Shown here: piece by piece, positions 20,177-28,759 of the stretch
Layout: each line of letters starts with the position of its first letter
How positions within the stretch are numbered: position 1 is the stretch's first letter
Origin: a virus
DNA: 64,000 bases
IMG/VR virus record: IMGVR_UViG_3300032213_002832
Coordinates: 64,001-128,000 of that record
Strand: one strand, 5' to 3'
Translations under genes and position numbers: made by a program
Notes under the pieces: generated by a model
What the model was told of the DNA's origin: nothing
The model's input: the letters and a program-made list of their open reading frames with translations, nothing else
Database searches by the model: none

Positions 20177-20365
20177 ATGAAAAAGATATTAAGCTGTAGG
20201 AGATCATTAGTTGCTGTGTTTGCGATTAGTTGCTTAACATGGTTGGGGTTGGCAAAGGGGATAGATATTTCTGGCATAGCTATAGCCATCTCTGGAGTAT
20301 CGGCTTCTGTGTGCGCCGCAAATGCTTATCAAGGTAAGGGCTCTAAAACAGAAGAAAAAGGTTAA
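20177..20365 (+). CDS. Small 2-TM protein, holin-like
   Basis: Own TGTTATAAT promoter (20150-20158) and AGGAGG RBS; two TM helices and a charged tail. Confidence 0.5.
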   Translation: MKKILSCRRSLVAVFAISCLTWLGLAKGIDISGIAIAISGVSASVCAANAYQGKGSKTEEKG

Positions 20366-20553
20366 TCTTCTAAATCTGTTAGGGTTTCATCTAGTTCTAT
20401 ATCCAGCTCAGTACCGTCTGGTGGGGTGGCAGCTTTAAAACGCTTCACCTCAACTTCTTCTTCTACCCAACCCCTTTTAGGGCATTCATATCTAACAATA
20501 GTCTTATATACCAACTCTATCTTATCTTCATTACCTTCTTTTCTTTTTCGCAT
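20362..20553 (-). CDS. Hypothetical protein
   Basis: ORF overlapping the previous gene in the operon. Confidence 0.55.
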   Translation of the reverse strand: MRKRKEGNEDKIELVYKTIVRYECPKRGWVEEEVEVKRFKAATPPDGTELDIELDETLTDLED

Positions 20554-21109
20554 TCTCTGCCCTCATTAATTGAACAACCAAATCCCACTCACCATGTAGG
20601 CAATCCTCTATCGCCTTACGGTAGGATTCTACCGGCTTTGGTAAGCCTACTTGTTCAATATACCTCATCCAAGAGGTTAATGAGCCATATACTACTAATG
20701 TATTATATATACTTATTGGAGATATAACCTGTGATATAAACCTATCACAATGATCCGATTGATATGCCTGAGGATTGATTAATAATGCCTCTGTCGTCAT
20801 TTCAATATCGGCCTGTATCGTTTTGCTAGTTTCCAAATCTTGTGCGCCTACGGCACCAATATCCGGTATATAAGCCTCTAATTTACCACTCGTCTTCTCT
20901 GATGAGCATCTTAAGCCAAACTCTGAAAAAGTAAGCTGTACAAATAAAGGACACCGGATACTAAGCATGACATGGGTCATATCGGTGATCCGGTTATCTA
21001 TTGTGCCTCTAAAGTGGGTTTTTGAGATCCGCTTAAAGTCTTCCCGCATAGGAGACCCACTAAGTAGAGCAACCCAACCTTTATCAAGTACTGGCGTCCT
21101 GTTCAGCAT
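20531..21109 (-). CDS. ThyX-fold protein lacking catalytic motifs
   Basis: PVLDKGWVAL, IRCPLFV and SQVISPISIYNTLVVYGSL align to ThyX, but HxSPFE and RHRx7S are absent. Confidence 0.6.
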   Translation of the reverse strand: MLNRTPVLDKGWVALLSGSPMREDFKRISKTHFRGTIDNRITDMTHVMLSIRCPLFVQLTFSEFGLRCSSEKTSGKLEAYIPDIGAVGAQDLETSKTIQADIEMTTEALLINPQAYQSDHCDRFISQVISPISIYNTLVVYGSLTSWMRYIEQVGLPKPVESYRKAIEDCLHGEWDLVVQLMRAENAKKKRR

Positions 21110-21506
21110 CTTCTTCCTTTTTAAGGTAATCTACAAAGCCAGCTTTACAAGTAGCTTTTTTATTCTCAAGCTCACCAGACAACATAGCTTCCATAAGTAT
21201 TTCTACATGCTTTGCTTCAATGTAGTCGATAGTACAGGCATCTAGAACTTGTGGAGGTTTGCCGAAAGTTTTAGAAGGTATCATGGCTTTAGCATGAAGC
21301 TGTTGATCAATATGGATATTAGCTACAGTTTCTACCATCTCTAAGAAGTCAAATGGCCCACAAACTGACTCTGAGATAAACTTAGGCTTGGCTCTATCAC
21401 CAGTAGATATAGCAACAAGAAAGGTTTTATCTTTGATTTCAGAGAGATCCATTTCACCCAATTCTCCGATCCAAGTTTCAGGATCTGCTGTTGGTAAATC
21501 ACTCAT
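21084..21506 (-). CDS. Hypothetical protein
   Basis: AAGGA RBS; downstream of a motif promoter. Confidence 0.65.
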   Translation of the reverse strand: MSDLPTADPETWIGELGEMDLSEIKDKTFLVAISTGDRAKPKFISESVCGPFDFLEMVETVANIHIDQQLHAKAMIPSKTFGKPPQVLDACTIDYIEAKHVEILMEAMLSGELENKKATCKAGFVDYLKKEEDAEQDAST

Positions 21507-21538
21507 ATAAAAATCCTTATAAAATTATTACTAACCCA

Positions 21539-21551
21539 TCGAATCGGTTTT
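21539..21551 (-). promoter_or_regulatory. Phage promoter motif AAAACCGATTCGA
   Basis: Intergenic, 33 nt upstream of ATG 21506. Confidence 0.7.
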
Positions 21552-21559
21552 GTTTAACT

Positions 21560-22045
21560 CTAGATAGGTTTAGCTTTTAAAACGTTTTTAAGATAAGTCT
21601 CAGCTTGTAATTTAGTTTTATGTTTTTTGCGTAGAGGATTTGAAATGGTTTTGCCGTTTCTAATAATGCCATATCCACTATCAATTTCATTTAAATCGTA
21701 TGTTACACCAGTTTCATCAGCATACTGATTAGATACCGATTTCGCTGGCACACTAACAGTTGGTTTGGCAATTGATGATAATCTACTTGTTACGGCCTTT
21801 TTAGCTATGATAAAAAATTCATCACCACTACTGCGATTCTTTCTAGATACATAGTCACCCTGCTGAAGTATATCTTTATATACTTTAATATCAACTGGCC
21901 CATGAATAACTGTTCCGTTTTGCTCTTTAGCTTCTACATGCGTATATTTCCCACTACGAATCTTTTCTATCTCAGATTTCCATATTAGTGTAGTATTCGC
22001 AAAACTCTCTGCTGATGTGGACTTCTTAATAGTTAATACTCTCAT
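21560..22045 (-). CDS. Hypothetical protein
   Basis: AGGAG RBS. Confidence 0.65.
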   Translation of the reverse strand: MRVLTIKKSTSAESFANTTLIWKSEIEKIRSGKYTHVEAKEQNGTVIHGPVDIKVYKDILQQGDYVSRKNRSSGDEFFIIAKKAVTSRLSSIAKPTVSVPAKSVSNQYADETGVTYDLNEIDSGYGIIRNGKTISNPLRKKHKTKLQAETYLKNVLKAKPI

Positions 22046-22090
22046 ACCTTCTCCTTTGTCATAATTGACATTTATTGATTATTCTTATAC

Positions 22091-22867
22091 TTAACCTAGC
22101 ATCTTTAATATTGCGTCTTTATCTTTTTCATAGATATGGCAAGAATGAACCACGTGAGTGTAGTCGCCTTTAGTAAGTGTTGGGTACGTAGGTTTTAACT
22201 CATCAATCATCTTATCCATAAGAGATACAAAAAATGGAAGATCATACACTAGTCCGCGAAATAAATCATTAGACCTCATAACTACTGAAAAATACAACTT
22301 ATCATTACGTATTAAAAAATTACCGTGCATGGTACAGGTCTGATCTTTATTACCCATATATTGATGTTCTGGTAAACTAAATCGCAATATAGCTTGACGC
22401 GTATCTTTGTCTGCCTTTAAAGATTCTAAACACCATTCCCACGGCGATCGATAAATAGATTGAGCTCTTATACTAATCCCACCATCTTCAAAGCTACGCT
22501 TTTTAGTATACTCATAATTCTCATTACCACAACTCTTGTTTTCCCATATCAAATACCCGTAAGCCGAATTGATAGTCCCATCTGGATTGGCTATCTTCTC
22601 CCAAAACTTAGAGGCCTTAGCAAAATCTTCTACACGATTAGAGCGAGAATTGTAAAGCTCAACCTCTTTAGCTGTATAGTCAGCTATTACTTTATTTCGC
22701 TCTAAGTCTTTAGTGATAATAGGTTCAGAAACTGGATCAGAGACTGTAAAAGTGTAGTTTAAGATCTCTCTAACTGGCATTCCACGTGGTGATGCTATAA
22801 AATCTGGAAAGTACCATACTTGCTGTAGCGCGTCTAAATACGCTTCATGTATATTCTTGTATGTCAT
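22091..22867 (-). CDS. Thymidylate synthase superfamily, Asp-type (dCMP hydroxymethylase-like)
   Basis: SAYG, DTRQA, KDQTCT (catalytic Cys), MRSNDLFRGLVYD (Asp at the TS Asn177 position), HSCHIYE. Confidence 0.8.
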   Translation of the reverse strand: MTYKNIHEAYLDALQQVWYFPDFIASPRGMPVREILNYTFTVSDPVSEPIITKDLERNKVIADYTAKEVELYNSRSNRVEDFAKASKFWEKIANPDGTINSAYGYLIWENKSCGNENYEYTKKRSFEDGGISIRAQSIYRSPWEWCLESLKADKDTRQAILRFSLPEHQYMGNKDQTCTMHGNFLIRNDKLYFSVVMRSNDLFRGLVYDLPFFVSLMDKMIDELKPTYPTLTKGDYTHVVHSCHIYEKDKDAILKMLG

Positions 22868-23532
22868 TTATATCCCTCTAAGAATTCTTCATCTCTATTA
22901 GATCTCATTTTCAATAATTCTACAAACATTGCGCGTTGATATTTATCTACCTTAAAACCTTTTTCAATATATTTTACTAATCTTTTTACAGTGATGCTTC
23001 TAGCTTCAGTCTGAAAAACAATTCTCTTATCTACACAGTCACCTATCGCACCTTGAACACTAATGACTTGGCGCTTAACTGGATCATAAGCTATGGCACA
23101 AGCTCTTATATCGAAGTGACTTATGAGATCTTCTGGGGTATTAAATGGTACACCTACAATTAGGTTGTAAGTAACGTTACGATAAACATGCGCACATAAA
23201 TCGTACATAAAATTAGTAGGTTTACTAAACCCATTAATAGCACACCATAAAGTAGCATGTTCTTTAGAATGGAAGTATATGTCAATATCGTTGTGAATTA
23301 TGCTTTGATTTATATAGTGGCACATATAAGAACCAGCTATAATCTCACCATTATCTACGTATTCTGACTCATTGAGCCAACGTAAGGCATTAATCGGACT
23401 AGTTAATATTAAGTTTTCATTTCTATAAAGAAATTCTGGTACTGGTTTATCGTTTAGTAAAAAACTATTTTGAATATCATCAATTTGCTTTTTATAATGT
23501 TCTTCCGCATTATATTCCATGAGTATATCCAT
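22864..23532 (-). CDS. Nucleotidyltransferase (CCA/poly(A) polymerase head-like)
   Basis: IIAGS..DIDIYF..FDIRACAIAYD..RLVKYIEKGF. Confidence 0.65.
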   Translation of the reverse strand: MDILMEYNAEEHYKKQIDDIQNSFLLNDKPVPEFLYRNENLILTSPINALRWLNESEYVDNGEIIAGSYMCHYINQSIIHNDIDIYFHSKEHATLWCAINGFSKPTNFMYDLCAHVYRNVTYNLIVGVPFNTPEDLISHFDIRACAIAYDPVKRQVISVQGAIGDCVDKRIVFQTEARSITVKRLVKYIEKGFKVDKYQRAMFVELLKMRSNRDEEFLEGYK

Positions 23533-23544
23533 ATAAACCCCTTT

Positions 23545-23934
23545 TTACTCGTCTTCAAACCTATCACCAATTACTTCTTCGACTGGACTCATCCAGACCC
23601 CGTAGCCGTAACGCTTCTTGGTAAGCTTTTTCATAAGTTGACCAACTCTATTATATAAGTGCTGAAACACAAACGTAAACTCTTTAACACTCCTACCATC
23701 TGCTGTACGATACTCAGGATTATAGTTTTGTAAAGCTATTACCAGCTGATAATAAAGTTCTTGGCGCATATCAGCCATGGTCATGCCAGTATTACCTAAC
23801 GATATGTCTGAATCACCAGCAGACATATTAGCTTCTTTCCAATTCTTAACAATACTATCTCTTAAGTACTTATTAACTAATGGCATATACTTCTTAATAT
23901 CAGCGTTTGTAACTACCCTACGTTGCTTATTCAT
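23545..23934 (-). CDS. Miniature sigma70-family factor (region 2 only)
   Basis: IKKYMPLVNKY..DMRQE..LVIALQNYNP..FTFVFQHLYNRV matches the region 2.1-2.4 pattern; 129 aa with no region 4. Confidence 0.55.
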   Translation of the reverse strand: MNKQRRVVTNADIKKYMPLVNKYLRDSIVKNWKEANMSAGDSDISLGNTGMTMADMRQELYYQLVIALQNYNPEYRTADGRSVKEFTFVFQHLYNRVGQLMKKLTKKRYGYGVWMSPVEEVIGDRFEDE

Positions 23935-24473
23935 CTTCTTATCTTTCTTTTGGATGTTTCAGGTGATTCGTATCGGTTTTTAATTAAAAGCAATACTGAT
24001 CGACAAACCTTTAAATGATCTTCAGTCCATGCGGGTTTTGAAGTTGTGAACTTATCAAACTCGTATAAATCTTTCATAAACGCTTCATTACGTATAAAAC
24101 TATTATTCATAGTAGTATCTCGATACCACTTGTATAGTGATGTCAACTTGTTATTACTATGCCCACCCCTTTTATTTATGAAGTCAAGGACCTTATCTCG
24201 CATATTATGGTTGATGCGAGAATAGATTGAGTCAATACTATAGTTAACATCATACTTGTTTCTTTCTAGATTAAACTTTAAATCCGTACAAGATCTCACA
24301 GCCTCTATAACCGCATCATTTATACCATGTATTGCTTGTGAATTAAAGATGAATTGTTTATTGTATCTAAAGTAGATTTGATCTGCGCCATAAGTCAATA
24401 TTGGCGCTATTATAGGTTCTGGTAATTCAATAGCTGAAATCACTTTAGCTACGTCATCTCGTAAATGCTTCAT
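23931..24473 (-). CDS. Hypothetical protein
   Basis: GGAGG RBS, coupled. Confidence 0.65.
   Translation of the reverse strand: MKHLRDDVAKVISAIELPEPIIAPILTYGADQIYFRYNKQFIFNSQAIHGINDAVIEAVRSCTDLKFNLERNKYDVNYSIDSIYSRINHNMRDKVLDFINKRGGHSNNKLTSLYKWYRDTTMNNSFIRNEAFMKDLYEFDKFTTSKPAWTEDHLKVCRSVLLLIKNRYESPETSKRKIRR
23967..23981 (-). promoter_or_regulatory. Phage promoter motif AAAAACCGATACGAA
   Basis: Embedded in the 3' end of the upstream gene, 33 nt before the mini-sigma ATG. Confidence 0.7.
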
Positions 24474-25174
24474 ACAACCTCCTCCATAGAGTAAATTGGA
24501 TTCTTCTTATGTGTCATACACTTGAGTTTGCTTATGTTTGCTAGAGAGTAGGCATCTCCATTTTTAGCATAACTTTTTATCCACTTGAGAAGCTTGATAA
24601 TCAAATCTACATTTTTAATATTCCAAGTATTGTCATAAACTATACGACCAATATGCGTTTGAAGTACGCGTGCTCTTTTATTAATGGCTCGTGATCGACC
24701 GTTTTCTTTACATTCTAATAAATCCGATAATACACTAATATTGGCAGGTTTTGCGCTAGCTACATTGATACAAAGTTCGTGTCTGCTATTAAGATAAGGT
24801 AGTAACTCTTTGATTTCATCGTCACCCAATGATTCTTTCTCTTTCACTATACTAATGCGACCTACTATTCTTTTTTCAGCAACCTCTATTTTAGTACCTG
24901 GCTCAACTGTCATTTTAAAATAACGTTCAAACCCAATCAAGTCAAACAGCTCTGCTTGCTCTTTCGAGATACCAGCTTTATCCAACATCCTATTACAAAA
25001 ATACTCTAATCTCAAATGTCTATCATCAGCAATATATGGAACCAACTCTTCGTATTCAAGCACATACTCTGAAGGTAGTTTAACTAATGTATCACTTAAA
25101 GAAAAAGTATAAGGTTCAATTGCCTTATTCAACCAATCCATCTCTTCATATTGCTTATCATCTAAAAATGCCAT
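24470..25174 (-). CDS. Hypothetical protein
   Basis: AGGAG RBS. Confidence 0.65.
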   Translation of the reverse strand: MAFLDDKQYEEMDWLNKAIEPYTFSLSDTLVKLPSEYVLEYEELVPYIADDRHLRLEYFCNRMLDKAGISKEQAELFDLIGFERYFKMTVEPGTKIEVAEKRIVGRISIVKEKESLGDDEIKELLPYLNSRHELCINVASAKPANISVLSDLLECKENGRSRAINKRARVLQTHIGRIVYDNTWNIKNVDLIIKLLKWIKSYAKNGDAYSLANISKLKCMTHKKNPIYSMEEVV

Positions 25175-25182
25175 CTGTTCTC

Positions 25183-25707
25183 CTAATTGTCAAACCAAAA
25201 AACAACACGAACCTCTGGATTTATATCGGATCGGTTTAGAAGCATAGCCTCCGCAGCCTCATTATTAATCCACTCTTCACAGTAGTTGATGATAGTAGTA
25301 TAGTCTTCAGGGCGTTTCTTACCACCATGGTAGTCACTATATTCAAAAAAAGCTTGAGTAGACTTATTATCTGTAGGATAATACTCTGCTTCTATAAGAC
25401 ATTGCTTAAATTCTTCAAGAGAAAGCCAACTATGTGAATGTCCATCAACATACCTATCATATTCCCATCTCAATAACTCTGAAATATCTTCTGGTATCCC
25501 TTTAGGTGCGCGTATTACTGCTGTACCATAACGACGCACACTAGCAAGTATTCCAAATAAATCATAGTTCCTGCCTGTAGCATTCACTTGTTCTAAATAC
25601 TTATAATTATCGCCATCTTCACTATTTACTGTATGGTTTTCATCTAGTTGCCAAGGGTCTTCTTTTCTAAGGCGCTTTTCCAAAAATACATGAATATCAC
25701 ATCCCAC
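25183..25707 (-). CDS. Conserved phage protein (MGCDIH..RNYxLFxxLAxVR..VFWFDN family)
   Basis: Characteristic motifs of a widespread phage hypothetical family. Confidence 0.75.
   Translation of the reverse strand: MGCDIHVFLEKRLRKEDPWQLDENHTVNSEDGDNYKYLEQVNATGRNYDLFGILASVRRYGTAVIRAPKGIPEDISELLRWEYDRYVDGHSHSWLSLEEFKQCLIEAEYYPTDNKSTQAFFEYSDYHGGKKRPEDYTTIINYCEEWINNEAAEAMLLNRSDINPEVRVVFWFDN
25226..25237 (-). promoter_or_regulatory. Phage promoter motif AAACCGATCCGA
   Basis: 52 nt upstream of ATG 25174. Confidence 0.55.
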
Positions 25708-25726
25708 CTATAACCCCTTATTATCA

Positions 25727-26017
25727 TTATTTAACTTCAAAACCTGCTTCTTGTGCCTCTTTTAAAGAGAGGTCACCGCGCTTCTCGTCTGCGCGACGTG
25801 TTCTAGCATAGCTAAACTTCTCATAATAAACAAAACGACCATCTGGTATAGTCGTTTTATATACGGTTCCATCCGCATCTTGAAAATAACTGTTGACACC
25901 AATCTCAGCCACTACTGTTTCAAGCGCAGTAGAGAGCTCGTCAAAATACTTCTTTACTTCACTCTTCTTACGTTCTAGCTCAATGAACCGCTGAATCGCC
26001 GGCGTTAGATTTGACAT
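25727..26017 (-). CDS. Hypothetical protein
   Basis: Start revised to MSNLTPAIQ (AAGGA RBS). Confidence 0.65.
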   Translation of the reverse strand: MSNLTPAIQRFIELERKKSEVKKYFDELSTALETVVAEIGVNSYFQDADGTVYKTTIPDGRFVYYEKFSYARTRRADEKRGDLSLKEAQEAGFEVK

Positions 26018-26540
26018 CCTTATTCTCCTCAGTATTTTTAACGACACGAAGAATTCGCGTCTTACTTGTAGGATTCGGATCGGTTTTTAATTCTGCTATT
26101 TTATCTTCAGGTAGTAGACCAGACTCAAGGTATGGGAGTAGTTGTGAAGCCTTCATGGTTTTAGCTTCTCCATCTATTCTTATGCTCATAGTAGGATCAG
26201 CTCCATCTTTAAGCATGCTTCTAAATAGATCTAGTTTCTCTTCTTCCATAGCTTTAATTTTAGATACTAAAGAGTTTTTATATCGGCCATGAGCAGCACT
26301 AGCATTAGGTTGGTCTAGAGCTCCAAAAATCTGTATTTGCTCATTAGATATTTCGTTAATACGTTCTATTTTGGCTTGTAGCATGCCATTTTTAACACCT
26401 TCATCATAGGCGTAATTAATGTTTTTAACTATGTTTCTCTCAACACCACTAAGTAGTAGGTTATTGAAGAAGTTACTTATATAATAACCAATTAATGAAC
26501 CAACAATCAATGCGCAAGTAATAGATAACAGTAATAACAT
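25980..26540 (-). CDS. Membrane-anchored hypothetical protein
   Basis: N-terminal TM helix. Confidence 0.65.
   Translation of the reverse strand: MLLLLSITCALIVGSLIGYYISNFFNNLLLSGVERNIVKNINYAYDEGVKNGMLQAKIERINEISNEQIQIFGALDQPNASAAHGRYKNSLVSKIKAMEEEKLDLFRSMLKDGADPTMSIRIDGEAKTMKASQLLPYLESGLLPEDKIAELKTDPNPTSKTRILRVVKNTEENKDVKSNAGDSAVH
26075..26088 (-). promoter_or_regulatory. Phage promoter motif AAAAACCGATCCGA
   Basis: 58 nt upstream of ATG 26017. Confidence 0.6.
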
Positions 26541-26594
26541 ACAATCCTTTCAATAATATATCAATAGGATTATACAAAACCGTGTTTAATTAAT

Positions 26595-27173
26595 TTATTC
26601 GTTATCTTCGATTGGTAGAGATTCTAATATTTTTTCTATATCAAGTAATTGTAGTGTTTTTTCTAAACCTTCATTACCATGTTCTAAAGCCTTGGCTCGA
26701 AGCAGTGTCATAAAATCTTCAGGGTCAATATCATGTTTCTTTAACTTCTTTTTCCAAGCAGCTAGTTTCTTAGGGTCAACTTTATGGCGCCCTCGGTTTA
26801 GTTTCTCAGGGACCATGCGTGTATTTTTTGCTGCGTATCCATGACTATTGTTTTTTCTATCTGGAGATAGTTTCTGACCGGTTTTCTTTTCAGCTGCTTG
26901 GGTTTGCTTTACAATGGAAGCACGAGATCCTCTACCCTTAGACTTATGGCTTGCTGTACCATTCTTACCGTCTTGGCGCCTTAAAGCATCGTCCGCCTTA
27001 GTTTGCGCTCTCTGCCAGTGGCCAGGCTTTTTCTTATTAGCAGATAGCTTATTTAAGCAACCTCTACAGCGTCCAGCTGGATTAGACTTATTAGCACTAG
27101 TTTTTCCGCAACGAGGGCAGGATTTTATTAGTTCTTCTAATTCAGAAGCTACAAGTTTGTCTAGTATTTCCAA
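26595..27173 (-). CDS. Zn-finger plus HNH-like domain protein
   Basis: CPRC..CRGC; SPDRKNNSHGY..NTRMV...LN resembles the SxDRxDNxxGY..N HNH variant; own TGGTATAAT promoter at 27212-27220. Confidence 0.55.
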   Translation of the reverse strand: MEILDKLVASELEELIKSCPRCGKTSANKSNPAGRCRGCLNKLSANKKKPGHWQRAQTKADDALRRQDGKNGTASHKSKGRGSRASIVKQTQAAEKKTGQKLSPDRKNNSHGYAAKNTRMVPEKLNRGRHKVDPKKLAAWKKKLKKHDIDPEDFMTLLRAKALEHGNEGLEKTLQLLDIEKILESLPIEDNE

Positions 27174-27232
27174 GGTTTATCTCCAAAACATAATAAGTCA
27201 TTATATTTACAATTATACCACAGATAATAAGT

Positions 27233-27258
27233 AAGCCCTGGCATTTCTACCAGGGCTT
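27233..27258 (-). terminator. Terminator hairpin downstream of tRNA
   Basis: AAGCCCTGG / CCAGGGCTT inverted repeat. Confidence 0.65.
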
Positions 27259-27316
27259 TATTTTGCCAGAGTTTCCTCTGGCTAACACGTTCACTTTCGA
27301 TCCCGTGGATTCGGCT

Positions 27317-27392
27317 TGGACGCGGGTGTGGGATGTGCGCCCACGATCTGAAGGTTATGAGCCTTCCGAGATAACTGCTACTCTAACCCGCA
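27317..27392 (-). tRNA. tRNA-Met(CAU), initiator-like, CCA encoded
   Basis: Reverse complement folds as a cloverleaf: TGCGGGT/ACCCGCG acceptor, GAAGG-CTCATAA-CCTTC anticodon arm, GTGGG-CGCACAT-CCCAC T arm, A11:U24, 3' CCA. Confidence 0.85.
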
Positions 27393-27397
27393 CATTC

Positions 27398-27408
27398 ATT
27401 ATACCACA
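27398..27408 (-). promoter_or_regulatory. Extended -10 promoter TGTGGTATAAT for the tRNA
   Basis: Ends 5 nt before tRNA base 1. Confidence 0.65.
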
Positions 27409-27414
27409 TTTTCG

Positions 27415-27933
27415 TTAATCCCAAAGTGTTCTCCAATATTTACCTAAGTGCTTGAATAAACGATCATATAGTTCATCTTCTTTTTTAGCACTTTTCTCAT
27501 ACATCTCTCTCGAATCGGTTTCAGCCAACTCATGTAGCTCTGGAGTGTTAGCCTTGCTATAGCTCACCTTTAGTGCTTTATATCTTCTCTTATCAGCCTT
27601 TTCAGCTATAATCTCTTCAAAGCTATACTTTGTATCACCCCATTTATCATTGAATTCTTTTTTATAGAGTTCAGTATCATATTGGCTTTTAATACGCTCA
27701 AAAAGATATACAGCATAATCTATACGTCTACAAATAGTATTATGGTCAGTAACTAGCTGATTTCTACGTATACACTTAGACATACGCTTAAGCTTGAATA
27801 TAATCATATCTTCAAGAAATCCATAGTCATAATCTCTATCCTCTTTAAGAAGAGGTAGCCAATCTTTGATGCGATTAGCTGTTTGTATTTTAACTTTTGT
27901 TTTTCTATGCTTCTGGCGTTTTCTACTGTTCAT
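27415..27933 (-). CDS. Conserved phage hypothetical protein
   Basis: DRDYDYGFL..FKLKRM..LFKHLGKYWRTLWD pattern. Confidence 0.7.
   Translation of the reverse strand: MNSRKRQKHRKTKVKIQTANRIKDWLPLLKEDRDYDYGFLEDMIIFKLKRMSKCIRRNQLVTDHNTICRRIDYAVYLFERIKSQYDTELYKKEFNDKWGDTKYSFEEIIAEKADKRRYKALKVSYSKANTPELHELAETDSREMYEKSAKKEDELYDRLFKHLGKYWRTLWD
27510..27521 (-). promoter_or_regulatory. Phage promoter motif AAACCGATTCGA
   Basis: Intragenic copy about 120 nt upstream of the tRNA. Confidence 0.45.
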
Positions 27934-28147
27934 TATTTACCCCTCCAGTTGCTTGTTTGTTCAATAAGTACTCAGTATAGATTGCGGCAAGTATGAGTGC
28001 TGGCCAAGCAAATATAATACCTGCTAGACCCATATACACACCGTTTAATCCAGCACCAAAAAATAAACCAACAAACGTTGTACCAATAAACAGGCATAAC
28101 GTGTTTACTAAAGTCGTTTTAGCTAGTCTGACAAGATCATATTTCAT
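27923..28147 (-). CDS. Small membrane protein
   Basis: Two TM helices. Confidence 0.6.
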   Translation of the reverse strand: MKYDLVRLAKTTLVNTLCLFIGTTFVGLFFGAGLNGVYMGLAGIIFAWPALILAAIYTEYLLNKQATGGVNNEQ

Positions 28148-28156
28148 ATTTTATCC

Positions 28157-28627
28157 CTATACTAGAGTACTTGCATTAAAGTAGCCACCAACATAGTTGC
28201 CAGATTGGAAATCTTTAAAAAACCACTCTATTTCTCCACTAATACAAACATCTATTGATAGTTTAGCTCTTTTCAAATACCATGCCAATACTAATCCGCC
28301 ATCTTCTGAAGTACATACAACAGGTACTGGCATTTTAAAACCTACCTTTTTATCTAGTCTAGATCTAATTCTACTTACAACTTCAAAAACAAATTCATCT
28401 ACGTTCTCTTCGTCACTCTGTTCATCACATATAGTTTTTAGCTTTACAAGATACTCATTCCAAGCTTGCTCTTTTTCTTCAGGATTACTTTTAGGCCAAA
28501 AGTAATTGCATATTTTATCACCTAAAATTTGTTCAGGTAAATTTTTATGCCAGTATTCAATACGCTGTTTGGCAATTTTTGAACACACATCATCACAAAG
28601 TTTATCAATATAATCATTATTGCTCAT
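28157..28627 (-). CDS. Hypothetical protein
   Basis: GGGG RBS, dense packing. Confidence 0.6.
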   Translation of the reverse strand: MSNNDYIDKLCDDVCSKIAKQRIEYWHKNLPEQILGDKICNYFWPKSNPEEKEQAWNEYLVKLKTICDEQSDEENVDEFVFEVVSRIRSRLDKKVGFKMPVPVVCTSEDGGLVLAWYLKRAKLSIDVCISGEIEWFFKDFQSGNYVGGYFNASTLV

Positions 28628-28759
28628 TATTTACCCCCTGATTTAAAAACTCATGATATCTACGTGTATCTCTTTTAGCTTTCTCATATAAGAAATAGAC
28701 AAAGATTAAGAAGCACGAAATGATTATGCAATGTATAGTTTTTAACGTCTTATGACTCA

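Noticed and set aside
22065-22091. + strand sigma70 promoter TTGACA..TATACT antisense to the TS-like gene
   Set aside because: The spacer is only 15 nt, and TTGACA is part of a small palindrome.
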